Source: an uncultured Gemmataceae bacterium
GTDB taxonomy: Bacteria; Planctomycetota; Planctomycetia; Gemmatales; Gemmataceae
Length of the DNA: 64,000 nucleotides
Assembly (NCBI GenBank): GCA_963750165.1
Contig: CAVVPN010000003.1
Location: forward strand, 256,001 to 320,000
Direction of reading: 5' to 3'
The notes under the pieces are model-generated. The model did no database searches, was not told the origin of the DNA, and saw only the letters and a program-made list of their open reading frames with translations. Position numbers and translations under genes: made by a program. Shown here in pieces: positions 40,195 to 49,424 of this stretch. The first letter of the stretch is position 1, and each line of letters begins with the position of its first letter.

Positions 40195-42693
40195 TCAATG
40201 CCCCTTCAAATCCGGCCGCAGCTGATACAGCACCGCCGCGCTGGCGATGCGCAGCGCGCTCTCCGGCGTGTAGCCGAGGCAGTCCGCCGACTGATGCCGC
40301 TCCAGGGCGCAGCCGATGTCGTACTTGCTGTAAATCACCGCCCAGCGGCCGTCGATCTTGACGCCCTTCAGCAGCGGCGGCATCGCCTGCACCAGTCCCT
40401 TGTTCACCGTCCGGCCGCGGATGGTGTCCTGCGTCAGCGCCGTGCCGTTCAGTTCCTTGCTAAACAGACGGTCGCTCGGCGGAATGGGTTCGAGTTTGTG
40501 TTTCGGCAGCAAAACGTGCAGGAACTCGCGGAACGCGGCGTCAAAGTCCTTCGAGCCGCAGCAGGCGTCCGCGAACAGCAGACCGCCGTTCTCCAGGTTG
40601 AAGCGCAGTTCATTCAAGTCTTCTTTCGCAAACTTGAATTCCTTGCGGCCGTGCATGTAGATGAACTTGTAGTCGAGCGCCTTGCGCGTGCCGACGTTCA
40701 CCTCCTCCCACTTGACCGCCACGTCCACGCCGATGGTTTTGTGCAGATGCACCACCACATTCGACATGGCCCGCGGCGCCAGCTTCCAGTCGCCGCCGTG
40801 GTTCAGCTGGCCGACCTTGAGCACGTTGGGCGGAATGTCCGGCGGGTCGTCCTTGACGACGGCCAGGTCCACGCGCGACAGCCGCGGCCGCGGCGGTTCG
40901 TTGCCGGTGGCGTAGGCGATGATGTTCAGCCCCATCTTGAACGCCAGGGCGCACTGCGGATCCTCCGGCTTGCCCGTCTCCCAGCGGCACGACAGGTCTT
41001 GCGGGCTGTAGATCATCACCCACTTGCAGCCCATGCGCAGCCCCTTCAGGCCGAACGAGCCCGGCTTCACCCCCGAATTCGCGGTCCACACCGGATGGTC
41101 CGCCGGCAGGTCTTCCAGCTCCTGCTCGAAGACTTCCTCAACCCACTTGTGGAACCCCTTGTTGAAGCGCGGGTCGCCGCAGCACGCTTCCGCCAGGATG
41201 AAGCCGCCGTTCTCGACGTACTTCTTTAGCAGTTCCTCCTCCTGCGGTGTGAATCGTCTTCCCCCGCGTTCGCCGCCCGTCATCAGCGACTTGTGGCCGG
41301 TGATATACACGATCGGTGATTGCAACAGGTCCGACGCGACCTCCAGTATCTCCTCGTCGGTCAGGCGCACCGCGGCGCCCTCCTGGATGGACAGCGCCCG
41401 CGCCATGTCGAAGGTCTGCCAGGCCATCGGCGCACGCTTGAACAGCTCCTTGCTGGCGTGAGCGACCAGGTGACGCAGGTCGTTGCGGTCATTGTTCCAG
41501 TCCTGATCGTTGGCGTTGCCGAAGCCTTGCTCCAGGCTGCTGCGCGGCTGCCGGCCGTGCGCCAGTTTGCTGATGAGCACGGGCGTGCGGCCCTTCGACA
41601 AAAACAGCAGCGCGAACGCAGTGTTGATGAGGTGGTATTCCTCCGTGTCCCAGCGCGACGACAGAAACCACTTGCCGTCGTTCTTCTGCGCCTTGACCAG
41701 GAACTCGCAGCCCTCGCGGTACCAGTCGTGCGAGTAGAAGAAGCGCAGCCCCGACAGCCGGCCGGCCCGCTCGATGCCGTAGAGGTTGTAAAAGGTCGCG
41801 TGCGGCGTTGCCAGCTGAAAGCGGTCGTGGTTGGTGCCGCTGATCCAGTCCAGGCCGCGACGCAGCGCCAGCTTGCCGCCCTCGTCGTAGACGCCGCAGT
41901 TCTGGGCGGTGCCGTCCTTCAGCAGCACCTCGCGGCCGGCGTTCAGTTCCATGCCGGCGATCAACAGGCCGCAGATGCCCGCGGTCGTCATGCTCAGCTT
42001 GGAATTCTTGCCGAACGGCCCCAGGCCGCCCTCGCTGTAGCCCCAACCACCGTCGTCGTTCTGATCGGCCTCGTAACACTTGCGGATGGCCTTCCAGATG
42101 TCCGGGTTGATGGTCGCGCCGCCGAGCTTCGCGGCGTACAGGCCCAGCAGCGCGTACTGCGTGTTCGAGTTGTCCGCCTTGCCGCCGGGCAGTTCGGGCC
42201 GGTCATAGCCCCAACCCTGTAGCGGGCCGGTGGGCGGGATGCGCGTCTTCAGGAAGTGGTCCGCGTTCCGCTGCACAACTTCCAGAAACTTCTTGCCGAA
42301 CTGCCGCCCCTCGCGCGCCGCGGCGATGTCGGCCTCGACGAAGGCCATCGTTTGCAGCGACCGCACGTAGGTCGTGGGCTTCTGCAACTTCATCAGGTAG
42401 TCGAGCCCATCGGTGACAGCCGGATCGCTGGACTTGACGCCGGCGTTGAGCAGCGCCAGCACCACCAGGGCCGTCGAGCCGCCGGGGTGCGGTTCCTTGA
42501 CGCCCGAGTCTTCCCAGGCGCCCGTGCCCTTGTGCTGCTGTGTGCGCAGGTAATGGACGCCCTTGTCGATGGCCTTGCGCACCTGGTCCACCAGCGGCTC
42601 TTTTTTGGATGGGCTCTTGTCCTGCGGCGCCGCGGGGGTCAGACCGGGCAGCACCGCCAGGAAGACAGCCACAAGGATCAGGGGAGACTTCAT
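40195..42693 (-). CDS. Exported DUF4159-domain protein with N-terminal prenyltransferase-like alpha/alpha-barrel repeats
   Basis: Signal peptide; AIDKGVHYLR, DNSNTQYALLGL, QNDDGGWGY, YNLYGIERAGRL; two GG(F/L)..A(E/D)ACCG domains. The real start lies inside the 1653-aa track ORF. Confidence 0.8.
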   Translation of the reverse strand: MKSPLILVAVFLAVLPGLTPAAPQDKSPSKKEPLVDQVRKAIDKGVHYLRTQQHKGTGAWEDSGVKEPHPGGSTALVVLALLNAGVKSSDPAVTDGLDYLMKLQKPTTYVRSLQTMAFVEADIAAAREGRQFGKKFLEVVQRNADHFLKTRIPPTGPLQGWGYDRPELPGGKADNSNTQYALLGLYAAKLGGATINPDIWKAIRKCYEADQNDDGGWGYSEGGLGPFGKNSKLSMTTAGICGLLIAGMELNAGREVLLKDGTAQNCGVYDEGGKLALRRGLDWISGTNHDRFQLATPHATFYNLYGIERAGRLSGLRFFYSHDWYREGCEFLVKAQKNDGKWFLSSRWDTEEYHLINTAFALLFLSKGRTPVLISKLAHGRQPRSSLEQGFGNANDQDWNNDRNDLRHLVAHASKELFKRAPMAWQTFDMARALSIQEGAAVRLTDEEILEVASDLLQSPIVYITGHKSLMTGGERGGRRFTPQEEELLKKYVENGGFILAEACCGDPRFNKGFHKWVEEVFEQELEDLPADHPVWTANSGVKPGSFGLKGLRMGCKWVMIYSPQDLSCRWETGKPEDPQCALAFKMGLNIIAYATGNEPPRPRLSRVDLAVVKDDPPDIPPNVLKVGQLNHGGDWKLAPRAMSNVVVHLHKTIGVDVAVKWEEVNVGTRKALDYKFIYMHGRKEFKFAKEDLNELRFNLENGGLLFADACCGSKDFDAAFREFLHVLLPKHKLEPIPPSDRLFSKELNGTALTQDTIRGRTVNKGLVQAMPPLLKGVKIDGRWAVIYSKYDIGCALERHQSADCLGYTPESALRIASAAVLYQLRPDLKGH

Positions 42694-42963
42694 CTGCGGG
42701 CCCTCCGGCATCAAACCCCAAGGAGACGGGCAACCTCCATTGTTGCGAACCACAGCACATCTGACAATCGTTTGTCCGACAAAGCGCCAACGCCAGCGGC
42801 GGTAGCTTGTCGATGGGGGGAACTGGACAGGCTGGGAGTTTGGCGAGCAGGCTGACGCCCTCGCTCGCCAGGGTTTGATTTTCTCTTGCCCGGTCGGCGC
42901 GGGATGCCGTACATTCATCAATGGCACAACCCCCATTCCTCCTGCCCAGGAAGCCAGCACCGC

Positions 42964-44403
42964 ATGGACCCTCTGCACGAACACCACCGTCTGCTGACGC
43001 GCCGCACTTTCCTGGGCCGCTCCGGCCTCGGCCTTGGTGCCGTGGCGCTGGCGTCGCTGTTCGGCGAGCGTGGTGACGGCCAGCAGGCGCGACCGGGACT
43101 GCCGCACCACCCACCGCGGGCGCGGCGCATCATCTGCCTGTTCCAGTCCGGCGCACCGTCGCAACTGGACCTCTTCGACCACAAGCCCCGGCTGCGCGAC
43201 TGGTTCGACCGGGACCTGCCCGACTCGGTGCGCCGCGGCCAGCGTTTCACCGGTATGACCGCGACGCAGGAGCGCTTCCCGATTGCGCCGTCGCGCTTCG
43301 CCTTCGCCCGACACGGCCAGAGTGGGGCGTGGGTCAGCGAACTGCTGCCGCACACTGCCCGCACGGTCGATGACCTGTGCTTCATCAAGTCGATGCACAC
43401 CGAGGCGATCAACCACGATCCGGCGATCACGTTCTTCCAGAGCGGCGCCCAGTTGGCGGGCCGGCCGAGCATGGGGGCGTGGGTGAGTTACGGGCTGGGC
43501 AGCGCGTCGCGCGAGCTGCCGGCGTTCGTGGTGCTGGTGTCGCAGGGCAGCGGCAACCCTGCTGACCAACCGCTGTACGACCGGCTGTGGGGCAGTGGCT
43601 TTCTGCCGTCGCGGCACCAGGGCGTGAAGTTCCGCGCTCAGGGCGATCCGGTGCTGTTCCTGGCGAACCCGCCCGGTGTGGACGCCGACACGCGCCGCCG
43701 CTTCCTGGACGATCTGGCTGCCCTGAACCAGCTGCGACACGCCGAGATGGGCGACCCGGAGATTGCGACGCGCACCGCCCAGTACGAACTGGCCTGCCGG
43801 ATGCAGACGAGCGTGCCGGAGCTGACCGACGTGTCGCGCGAGCCGGCGTCCACGTTCGCGCTGTACGGCGAGGACGCACGGACGCCCGGCAGTTACGCGG
43901 CGAACTGTCTTTTGGCGCGGCGGTTGGCGGAGCGTGGCGTGCGTTTCATCCAGCTGTACCACCGCGGCTGGGATCAGCACACGAACCTGCCGCGGCAGAT
44001 CGCCGGCCAGTGCCGCGACACGGACCGGGCGTCGTGGGCGCTGGTGCAGGACCTGAAGCGGCGCGGCCTGCTCGAAGACACGCTGGTGTTCTGGGGGGGC
44101 GAGTTCGGCCGCACGGTGTACTGTCAGGGCACGCTGACGACGGCGAATTATGGCCGCGACCATCACCCGCGCTGCTTCACGGTCTGGCTGGCTGGTGGCG
44201 GCATCCGGCCGGGCATGACCTTCGGCCAGACGGATGATTTCTCGTACAACGTGGAGCGCGACCCCGTGAGCGTGCATGACCTGCACGCGACGCTCCTGCA
44301 CTGCCTGGGCATTGACCATCGGCGGCTGACGTTCCGTTTCCAGGGGCGGGATTTTCGGCTGACGGATGTGTTCGGCAACGTGCTGAATGGGGTGTTGCGC
44401 TAA
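42964..44403 (+). CDS. DUF1501 family protein (Tat-type leader)
   Basis: TRRTFL, GAPSQLDLFDHKP, NHDPA, RPSMGAWVSYGLG, NCLLARRLAERGVRF, WGGEFGRT, GRDHHP. Confidence 0.92.
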   Translation: MDPLHEHHRLLTRRTFLGRSGLGLGAVALASLFGERGDGQQARPGLPHHPPRARRIICLFQSGAPSQLDLFDHKPRLRDWFDRDLPDSVRRGQRFTGMTATQERFPIAPSRFAFARHGQSGAWVSELLPHTARTVDDLCFIKSMHTEAINHDPAITFFQSGAQLAGRPSMGAWVSYGLGSASRELPAFVVLVSQGSGNPADQPLYDRLWGSGFLPSRHQGVKFRAQGDPVLFLANPPGVDADTRRRFLDDLAALNQLRHAEMGDPEIATRTAQYELACRMQTSVPELTDVSREPASTFALYGEDARTPGSYAANCLLARRLAERGVRFIQLYHRGWDQHTNLPRQIAGQCRDTDRASWALVQDLKRRGLLEDTLVFWGGEFGRTVYCQGTLTTANYGRDHHPRCFTVWLAGGGIRPGMTFGQTDDFSYNVERDPVSVHDLHATLLHCLGIDHRRLTFRFQGRDFRLTDVFGNVLNGVLR

Positions 44404-44424
44404 TGTGGCAATGGCCTCCAACTC

Positions 44425-44631
44425 GTGGCGGGGTGGGCCGGCGGTGGCGAAACAATTCTCATTCACGATCCGGCAGTGGGTGTCCGGTTCGTAGTACCGC
44501 AGCGGACGGACTCCATCCAGCTGCACTTCGTCACCGAACTGGGCGTACTGACCGTGCTCATCCTGACACTGGCCGTGGCGCTGATGCTGCTGCGGAAACG
44601 GGGCGCGCCCGTGGTCGCCGAACGGGCCTGA
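44425..44631 (+). CDS. Possible small membrane protein
   Basis: 68-aa ORF with one C-terminal TM helix followed by RKR; start uncertain. Confidence 0.3.
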   Translation: MAGWAGGGETILIHDPAVGVRFVVPQRTDSIQLHFVTELGVLTVLILTLAVALMLLRKRGAPVVAERA

Positions 44632-44792
44632 TGCGCGGGCGGCACGCCCCGCGGGGTCACGGCGGCCGAACTCCACTTGAATCAAAATTGTCTTTTTGTT
44701 ATCAGACCGCCTCTCAACATGAAATAGCCAGTTTATTTCGATGCGGCCGGAGCGCTCCGGCGCTCCCGGACCCTTTTCCCTACGGAGGTGCG

Positions 44793-46538
44793 ATGTCGCC
44801 GCGAACACGGTCTGGCAAGTTCCTCCGGACGCCCCTGGTACTGCTGGGCTGCGTGTTCGCCGCCTGGGCCGCCGTCGCCGCGGGGCAGCAAGCCGTTCTG
44901 TCACCGCCGCTGACCGCCGCGCCGCCGGCGGCCTCGTTGTCCACCGGTGCCACTCCGGACCTTGCCGAGCGCCTCGGCAAACTGGAGGCGCGCCTCGACT
45001 GGTTGATGAACCAGAACCAGGCCCTCCTGCACGAGAACCAGGTACTCGCAGGGAAGGTGGTGGCTCCCATCCACACAGTCGGCAGCCCCGTGCCGCAAGG
45101 CGTGACCAGCGGCCCCTTGCCGGGGATGGCGTTAACCAGCGGGGCCGGCTCGGCAAGCAAGGTGGGGGCGTCGGATTCCTCGGACAAGGGGGGCAAATCC
45201 GACAGTAAGGGTACCGATACCGAGAAGAGCGAAACGCCGCCCTCGGACCCGGAGGCCGTCGGCCGGGCCCAGGAGATCGGCAACCTGCACCTCGGCAAGG
45301 TCGCGCTCAAGGCCACCTACGACTTCGATGACGGCGGCTTCCGGGTGGCCACCGAGGACGGGGAATACTCCTTCGCCATCCGCGGCATGACCCAACTCGA
45401 CGGGATGCTCTACGGCCGGCCGGCCCCTGGGGCGGTCAGCAGCGGCTTCTACAACCCCCGCAGCCGCATCTACTTCGAGGGTCAAGCCACCAAGCCCATC
45501 TCCTGGGAGTTCTCGTTCCAGAACTTTTACGACACCGTCTCCCTGCTCGACGCCTACGTCAACTTCAACTACGACCCGCGCTTCCAGGTGCAACTCGGCC
45601 GCTACAAGAACCCGTTCACCTACGAGTTCTACCACCAGCACATCTGGGATCTGATGGCCCCGGAACGGTCGCTCTTCGCCAACAACTTCGAGGCCAACCG
45701 GCGCTTCGGCCTGATGGCCCACGGCGACCTGTTCGACGACCGCCTTGAGTACGCCCTGGGCAGCTTCGACACGCAGCGGAATTCGCTACGGCCGTTCAAC
45801 AACCGCCAGGACTTCGAGGCGTTCCTCAACGCCAAGCCGTTCTACCCGCGGGAGGCGGGCTTCGTGCTGCGCGACCTCCAGTTCGGCGGCTCGGTCGATC
45901 TGGGCAACGAGCACCAGCCGCCGGTGCCCGCGGTGCTGCGGACCAACCAGGCGCCGGGCGGCGCCGCGGTCAATGGCACCGCGGCCAGCAACGCCGCCGG
46001 CCTGCCGTTCCTGGCGTTCGGCCCGAACGTGCTCGAGCGCGGGCCGCGGGCCCTGTGGGAACTGCACCTGGCCTACTACTACGGGGGGTTGTCGTTCGTG
46101 TCGGCGCTGCAGGGCGGCCACGAGAGCTACGCCAACGGGGCCGTGGCGCCGCCGGTGCGCGTCCCGCTCCACGGCTGGTTCGTGCAGGCCGGCTACCTCC
46201 TCACCGGCGAGACGATCCGCGACCGCACCAACGTGCAGCCGCTCCACCCTTTTGACGTGCGCCCGGGCCACTGCAGCCTGGGCGCCTGGGAAGTGACCGC
46301 CCGCTACAGCGAGCTGATCCTTGACGGCCGGGTCTTCACCGAAGGCCTGGCCGACCCGACGCTGTGGACCAACCACGTCGAACTGATCGACGTCGGCGCC
46401 AACTGGTATCTCAACCAGTTCATCCGGGTTTACCTCGGCTGGGAGCGCTCCCTGTTCGGCAGCCTGGTCTTCTCCGACTCGGGCCACCCCCGGAGGTCAA
46501 ACGACCTGTTCTGGCTGCGGACCCAGGTCTACTTCTGA
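44793..46538 (+). CDS. OprO/OprP-type anion-selective porin
   Basis: GGAGG RBS, signal peptide, coiled coil, LLDAYVN, QLGRYKNPF..E, PERS, GAWEVTARYS, GANWYLN, terminal aromatic residue (QVYF). Confidence 0.85.
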   Translation: MSPRTRSGKFLRTPLVLLGCVFAAWAAVAAGQQAVLSPPLTAAPPAASLSTGATPDLAERLGKLEARLDWLMNQNQALLHENQVLAGKVVAPIHTVGSPVPQGVTSGPLPGMALTSGAGSASKVGASDSSDKGGKSDSKGTDTEKSETPPSDPEAVGRAQEIGNLHLGKVALKATYDFDDGGFRVATEDGEYSFAIRGMTQLDGMLYGRPAPGAVSSGFYNPRSRIYFEGQATKPISWEFSFQNFYDTVSLLDAYVNFNYDPRFQVQLGRYKNPFTYEFYHQHIWDLMAPERSLFANNFEANRRFGLMAHGDLFDDRLEYALGSFDTQRNSLRPFNNRQDFEAFLNAKPFYPREAGFVLRDLQFGGSVDLGNEHQPPVPAVLRTNQAPGGAAVNGTAASNAAGLPFLAFGPNVLERGPRALWELHLAYYYGGLSFVSALQGGHESYANGAVAPPVRVPLHGWFVQAGYLLTGETIRDRTNVQPLHPFDVRPGHCSLGAWEVTARYSELILDGRVFTEGLADPTLWTNHVELIDVGANWYLNQFIRVYLGWERSLFGSLVFSDSGHPRRSNDLFWLRTQVYF

Positions 46539-46931
46539 CCCGCGCCGGCCCGGGGCGCCTGCGCCCGTTATGGGGCAGGCGGCTTCGGCCGGGGCGGTTT
46601 CGGGCCGAAAGCCCTCTTCATGTCGCGCTGGGGGTGGTTCGTAACGACCACCCTTCCCTCCGGAGAAACGCAGGGTGCCGTGCCGAACTGCGGTCCGCCG
46701 TCTGTCAGGGGGCGCGTTCTCCTGACCCAAGGTGCGTCGCGGACTTGAGCAGCACGACAATTCCCTCACAGTTTCTCACGCATCAGGTGTCCACCCGCAC
46801 ACGGCTGGTGCGTTGACGAAAGTCCCAGATAGAACTGGTGATTTTCGCCCCGATGCTCTGAGCATGGCAGGCTTTTTGCCAGTTGGACAACATTCCTTTC
46901 ACCCACCGCTTCCCGCTTGCTGATCATTCCG

Positions 46932-46975
46932 CTTCCCCACACCAGGCACCCGCCTTCCCCACGCCAGGCACCCGC
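46932..46975. repeat. 22-bp tandem direct repeat
   Basis: CTTCCCCAC(A/G)CCAGGCACCCGC x2, about 100 bp upstream of the sigma-54 motif. Confidence 0.7.
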
Positions 46976-47069
46976 CTGAGGAGCGCGGCCACGCACGGCT
47001 GCTTGCGGAGCGGGCGGAGAGGGGATTGTGGCAGGCGAGACTAATCCTTTTGGGAGACCGCAACTCTCC

Positions 47070-47085
47070 TGGCACGGCCCTTGCA
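47070..47085 (+). promoter_or_regulatory. Sigma-54 (-24/-12) promoter motif
   Basis: TGGCAC-GGCCC-TTGCA matches the TGGCAC-N5-TTGCW consensus exactly. Confidence 0.7.
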
Positions 47086-47086
47086 G

Positions 47087-47118
47087 GCGATTGTGCGATC
47101 CCGCGATTGTGCGATCCC
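47087..47118. repeat. 16-bp perfect tandem repeat at the predicted transcription start
   Basis: GCGATTGTGCGATCCC x2. Confidence 0.75.
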
Positions 47119-47150
47119 GGACACCCAATCACCTGTTGGAGGAACAGCCT

Positions 47151-47320
47151 ATGCAGGCGGTGAACAAATGAGAGGTCAAGAGCGCTACGACCTGGCGCGG
47201 CGCGTGGACCCGAAGGTGACGATGACGCGCGGCAAGCCGATCCCGGTGGGGCCGGCAACGAAACTGCCCCCGGGCATGCCGTGGAGAAGCTGGCGGCGCT
47301 GACGCCGGACGATATGCTGT
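47151..47320 (+). pseudogene. Short gene remnant, possibly from a di-heme cytochrome c peroxidase-like protein
   Basis: GGAGGA RBS, ATG with an early stop, then ERYDLARRVDPKVTMTRGKPIPVGPATKLPPGM.W and, in a shifted frame, EKLAALTPDD. Family recalled from motif only. Confidence 0.35.
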
Positions 47321-47388
47321 GAGCGTACTGAATCTGGTCGAATAGTGTGTTGGAACTTCCCAGGAACCCCTCAGCCAAGGAGAACCCC

Positions 47389-48570
47389 ATGTCCGAGATC
47401 CAACGTCGGGACTTTCTGAAAGGGACGGCGGCGTTCGCGGCCGGCGTAACCGCGGCCCTGACCGCGGCCGGGCGCGCCCAGGCTGGCGACCCGAGCTTCA
47501 TGAACAACGTCCCCGACCCGCTGCTCTCCGACAAGCAGCTGCCGAACTTCAAGTTCGCCCTGGAGAAGTCCAAGCCGGGGCGGGTGCAGGGCCAGAGCAC
47601 CGCGAAGGAGGCCAGCGTCCATCAGCTGCCGATCTCCAAGGGCATCGCCGGTGTATCCATGACGCTCGGGCCGGGGGACATGCGCGAGCTGCACTGGCAC
47701 GCCACCGCCGCCGAGTGGGCCTTCGTGAACCGCGGGCGGGTGCGTACCACCGTCCTCGGCCCAGGAGGCATTGCTGAGACGAACGACTTCGAGCCGGGAG
47801 ACGTGTGGTACTTCCCGCGCGGCCACGGCCACATGCTCGAGTGCCTGGGCAAGGAGCCGTGCCACTTCGTGCTAATGTTCGACAACGGCTACTTCTCGGA
47901 GTTCGGCACCTTCAGCATCAGCGACTGGATCGCCCAGGCCCCCAAGCCGCTCGTGGCGAAAAATTTTGGGCTGCCGCAGGCGACCTTCGACAACTTCCCG
48001 CAGCGCGAGGTGTACTTCGCCCACGGGGCGGCGCCGCCGCAGCCGGCCGCCGCCCCGATGGGGGTCGTGCAGCGCTCGCCGCAGACGCACAAGTGGCGGC
48101 TGCTCGCCACTGACCCCATCGTCAACAACCGGGGCGGCAAGCTGTGGATGGTCGATTCCCGGCTGTTCCCGATCTCCAAGACTTTCACCGGCGCGGTCCT
48201 CGAACTGGAGCCGGGGGCGCTGCGCGAACTGCACTGGCACCCGACCGCCGACGAGTGGCAGTACGTCCTGCAGGGGCGGGTGAGCGTGACGCTGTTCGGC
48301 GCCAAGGGACGCTTCCGGACCGAGACACTGGACCAGGGCGACGTCGGCTACATGCCACAGGGCTACGGGCACTCCCTGGAGAACACCGGCGAGGGGGTGG
48401 CCCGGGTGCTCATCGGCTTCAACTCCGGGGTCTACGAGGACATCGACCTGTCAGAGTGGATGGCGGGGAACCCGGTGGACGTGCTGGCCACCAACTTCGG
48501 CCGGCCGGCCGAGGTGTTCCGCAAGTTCCCGACCCGCGACGTCTTCATCGCGCCCAGGCCCGCGAAGTAA
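47389..48570 (+). CDS. Oxalate decarboxylase-family bicupin with Tat signal
   Basis: AAGGAG RBS; QRRDFLK twin-arginine signal; two RELHWH....EW cupin motifs; GDVWYFP.G.GH; FSEFGTF lid. Confidence 0.88.
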   Translation: MSEIQRRDFLKGTAAFAAGVTAALTAAGRAQAGDPSFMNNVPDPLLSDKQLPNFKFALEKSKPGRVQGQSTAKEASVHQLPISKGIAGVSMTLGPGDMRELHWHATAAEWAFVNRGRVRTTVLGPGGIAETNDFEPGDVWYFPRGHGHMLECLGKEPCHFVLMFDNGYFSEFGTFSISDWIAQAPKPLVAKNFGLPQATFDNFPQREVYFAHGAAPPQPAAAPMGVVQRSPQTHKWRLLATDPIVNNRGGKLWMVDSRLFPISKTFTGAVLELEPGALRELHWHPTADEWQYVLQGRVSVTLFGAKGRFRTETLDQGDVGYMPQGYGHSLENTGEGVARVLIGFNSGVYEDIDLSEWMAGNPVDVLATNFGRPAEVFRKFPTRDVFIAPRPAK

Positions 48571-48590
48571 TTCGGTCCAGGTCACGACAG

Positions 48591-48625
48591 TACACCCGGC
48601 GCGGCTCACAGCCGCGCCGGGTGTA
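48591..48625. terminator. 16-bp perfect hairpin downstream of the bicupin gene
   Basis: TACACCCGGCGCGGCT-CAC-AGCCGCGCCGGGTGTA. Confidence 0.6.
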
Positions 48626-49060
48626 TCGTCATGCCGGAAGTTACGCCCAGATCCTTGGTTTCGTGGAGCATGACGCGCCCAACGCCGAGCACGTCGCCGA
48701 AGCTGCTACTGCCCGGGACGAGGCTATCGACGAACGGCACGAAGATGACCATTTCCAGCCGGCGGCTCAGGGGCAAGAAGAGGAGGGTTTCGCCAATATG
48801 TTCGTCCGGCATGCCGTGGAGGCCGCAGGTGTATGAGTAGAGCTGATCCATTTCGCGGCGGAAGAAGCCGTCGGGGGCGTTCACCCAGCCAGTGCGATAG
48901 GCGCCGCTGGAGCCGGCGCCAGGCGGGATCCAGGGGTCGAGCCAACCTGTGAAGAAGTTGCCCAGGCCCAGCGGCATGTGACAGCTGGGGTCATACTTGC
49001 CGCAAATCGATCCGATGATGGATTCAAACAGGCCGTGCTCGTCTCGGCAGTAACTGGCCG
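48606..49060 (-). pseudogene. Fragment of a hypothetical, possibly outer-membrane, protein
   Basis: Coding-like stretch (NFFTGWLDPW...GWVNAPDGFFRRE...LPLSRRLE..IFVPFV...SFGD) with no clear start, cut off at the hairpin. Confidence 0.4.
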
Positions 49061-49424
49061 GACTGCTGGGGGCGCTGCGGCAAGCGGCCGCGAAGACGCC
49101 CGGGGCCGTGCGGGAGCAGTTGCTGCGGTTCGTGAAGGTAAGGGGGTCAAGTTTCGTTTTCGTTCGGCAGAGGCTACGCGGGTTGCTTCGCCGACAGCGT
49201 TTCCGCCAATAACCCTCGGGGCGTCTCGACCAGAAACTGCACGGCCCCGGGATCAATCTCGGGTGCCAAAAAACCATGCGCGGTTTCTGCACAGGCCGGC
49301 AAGGCGATCTTGTTGGGGCTCCCGCGCACGATGACCTCCTTGCCTCACGGGAGCAGAGCAACCGAGTAGAATAACGGCGTCGCCCCCAACCGCTCGCCTT
49401 TCCCCCGATCCCGTGCAGGTGTTC

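Noticed and set aside
40195..45156. 1653-aa minus-strand ORF as one giant protein
   Set aside because: The N-terminal ~820 codons are antisense to DUF1501 and the porin 5' end and read as shadow sequence. A signal peptide starts at 42693. Stop-free antisense frames are common at high GC.
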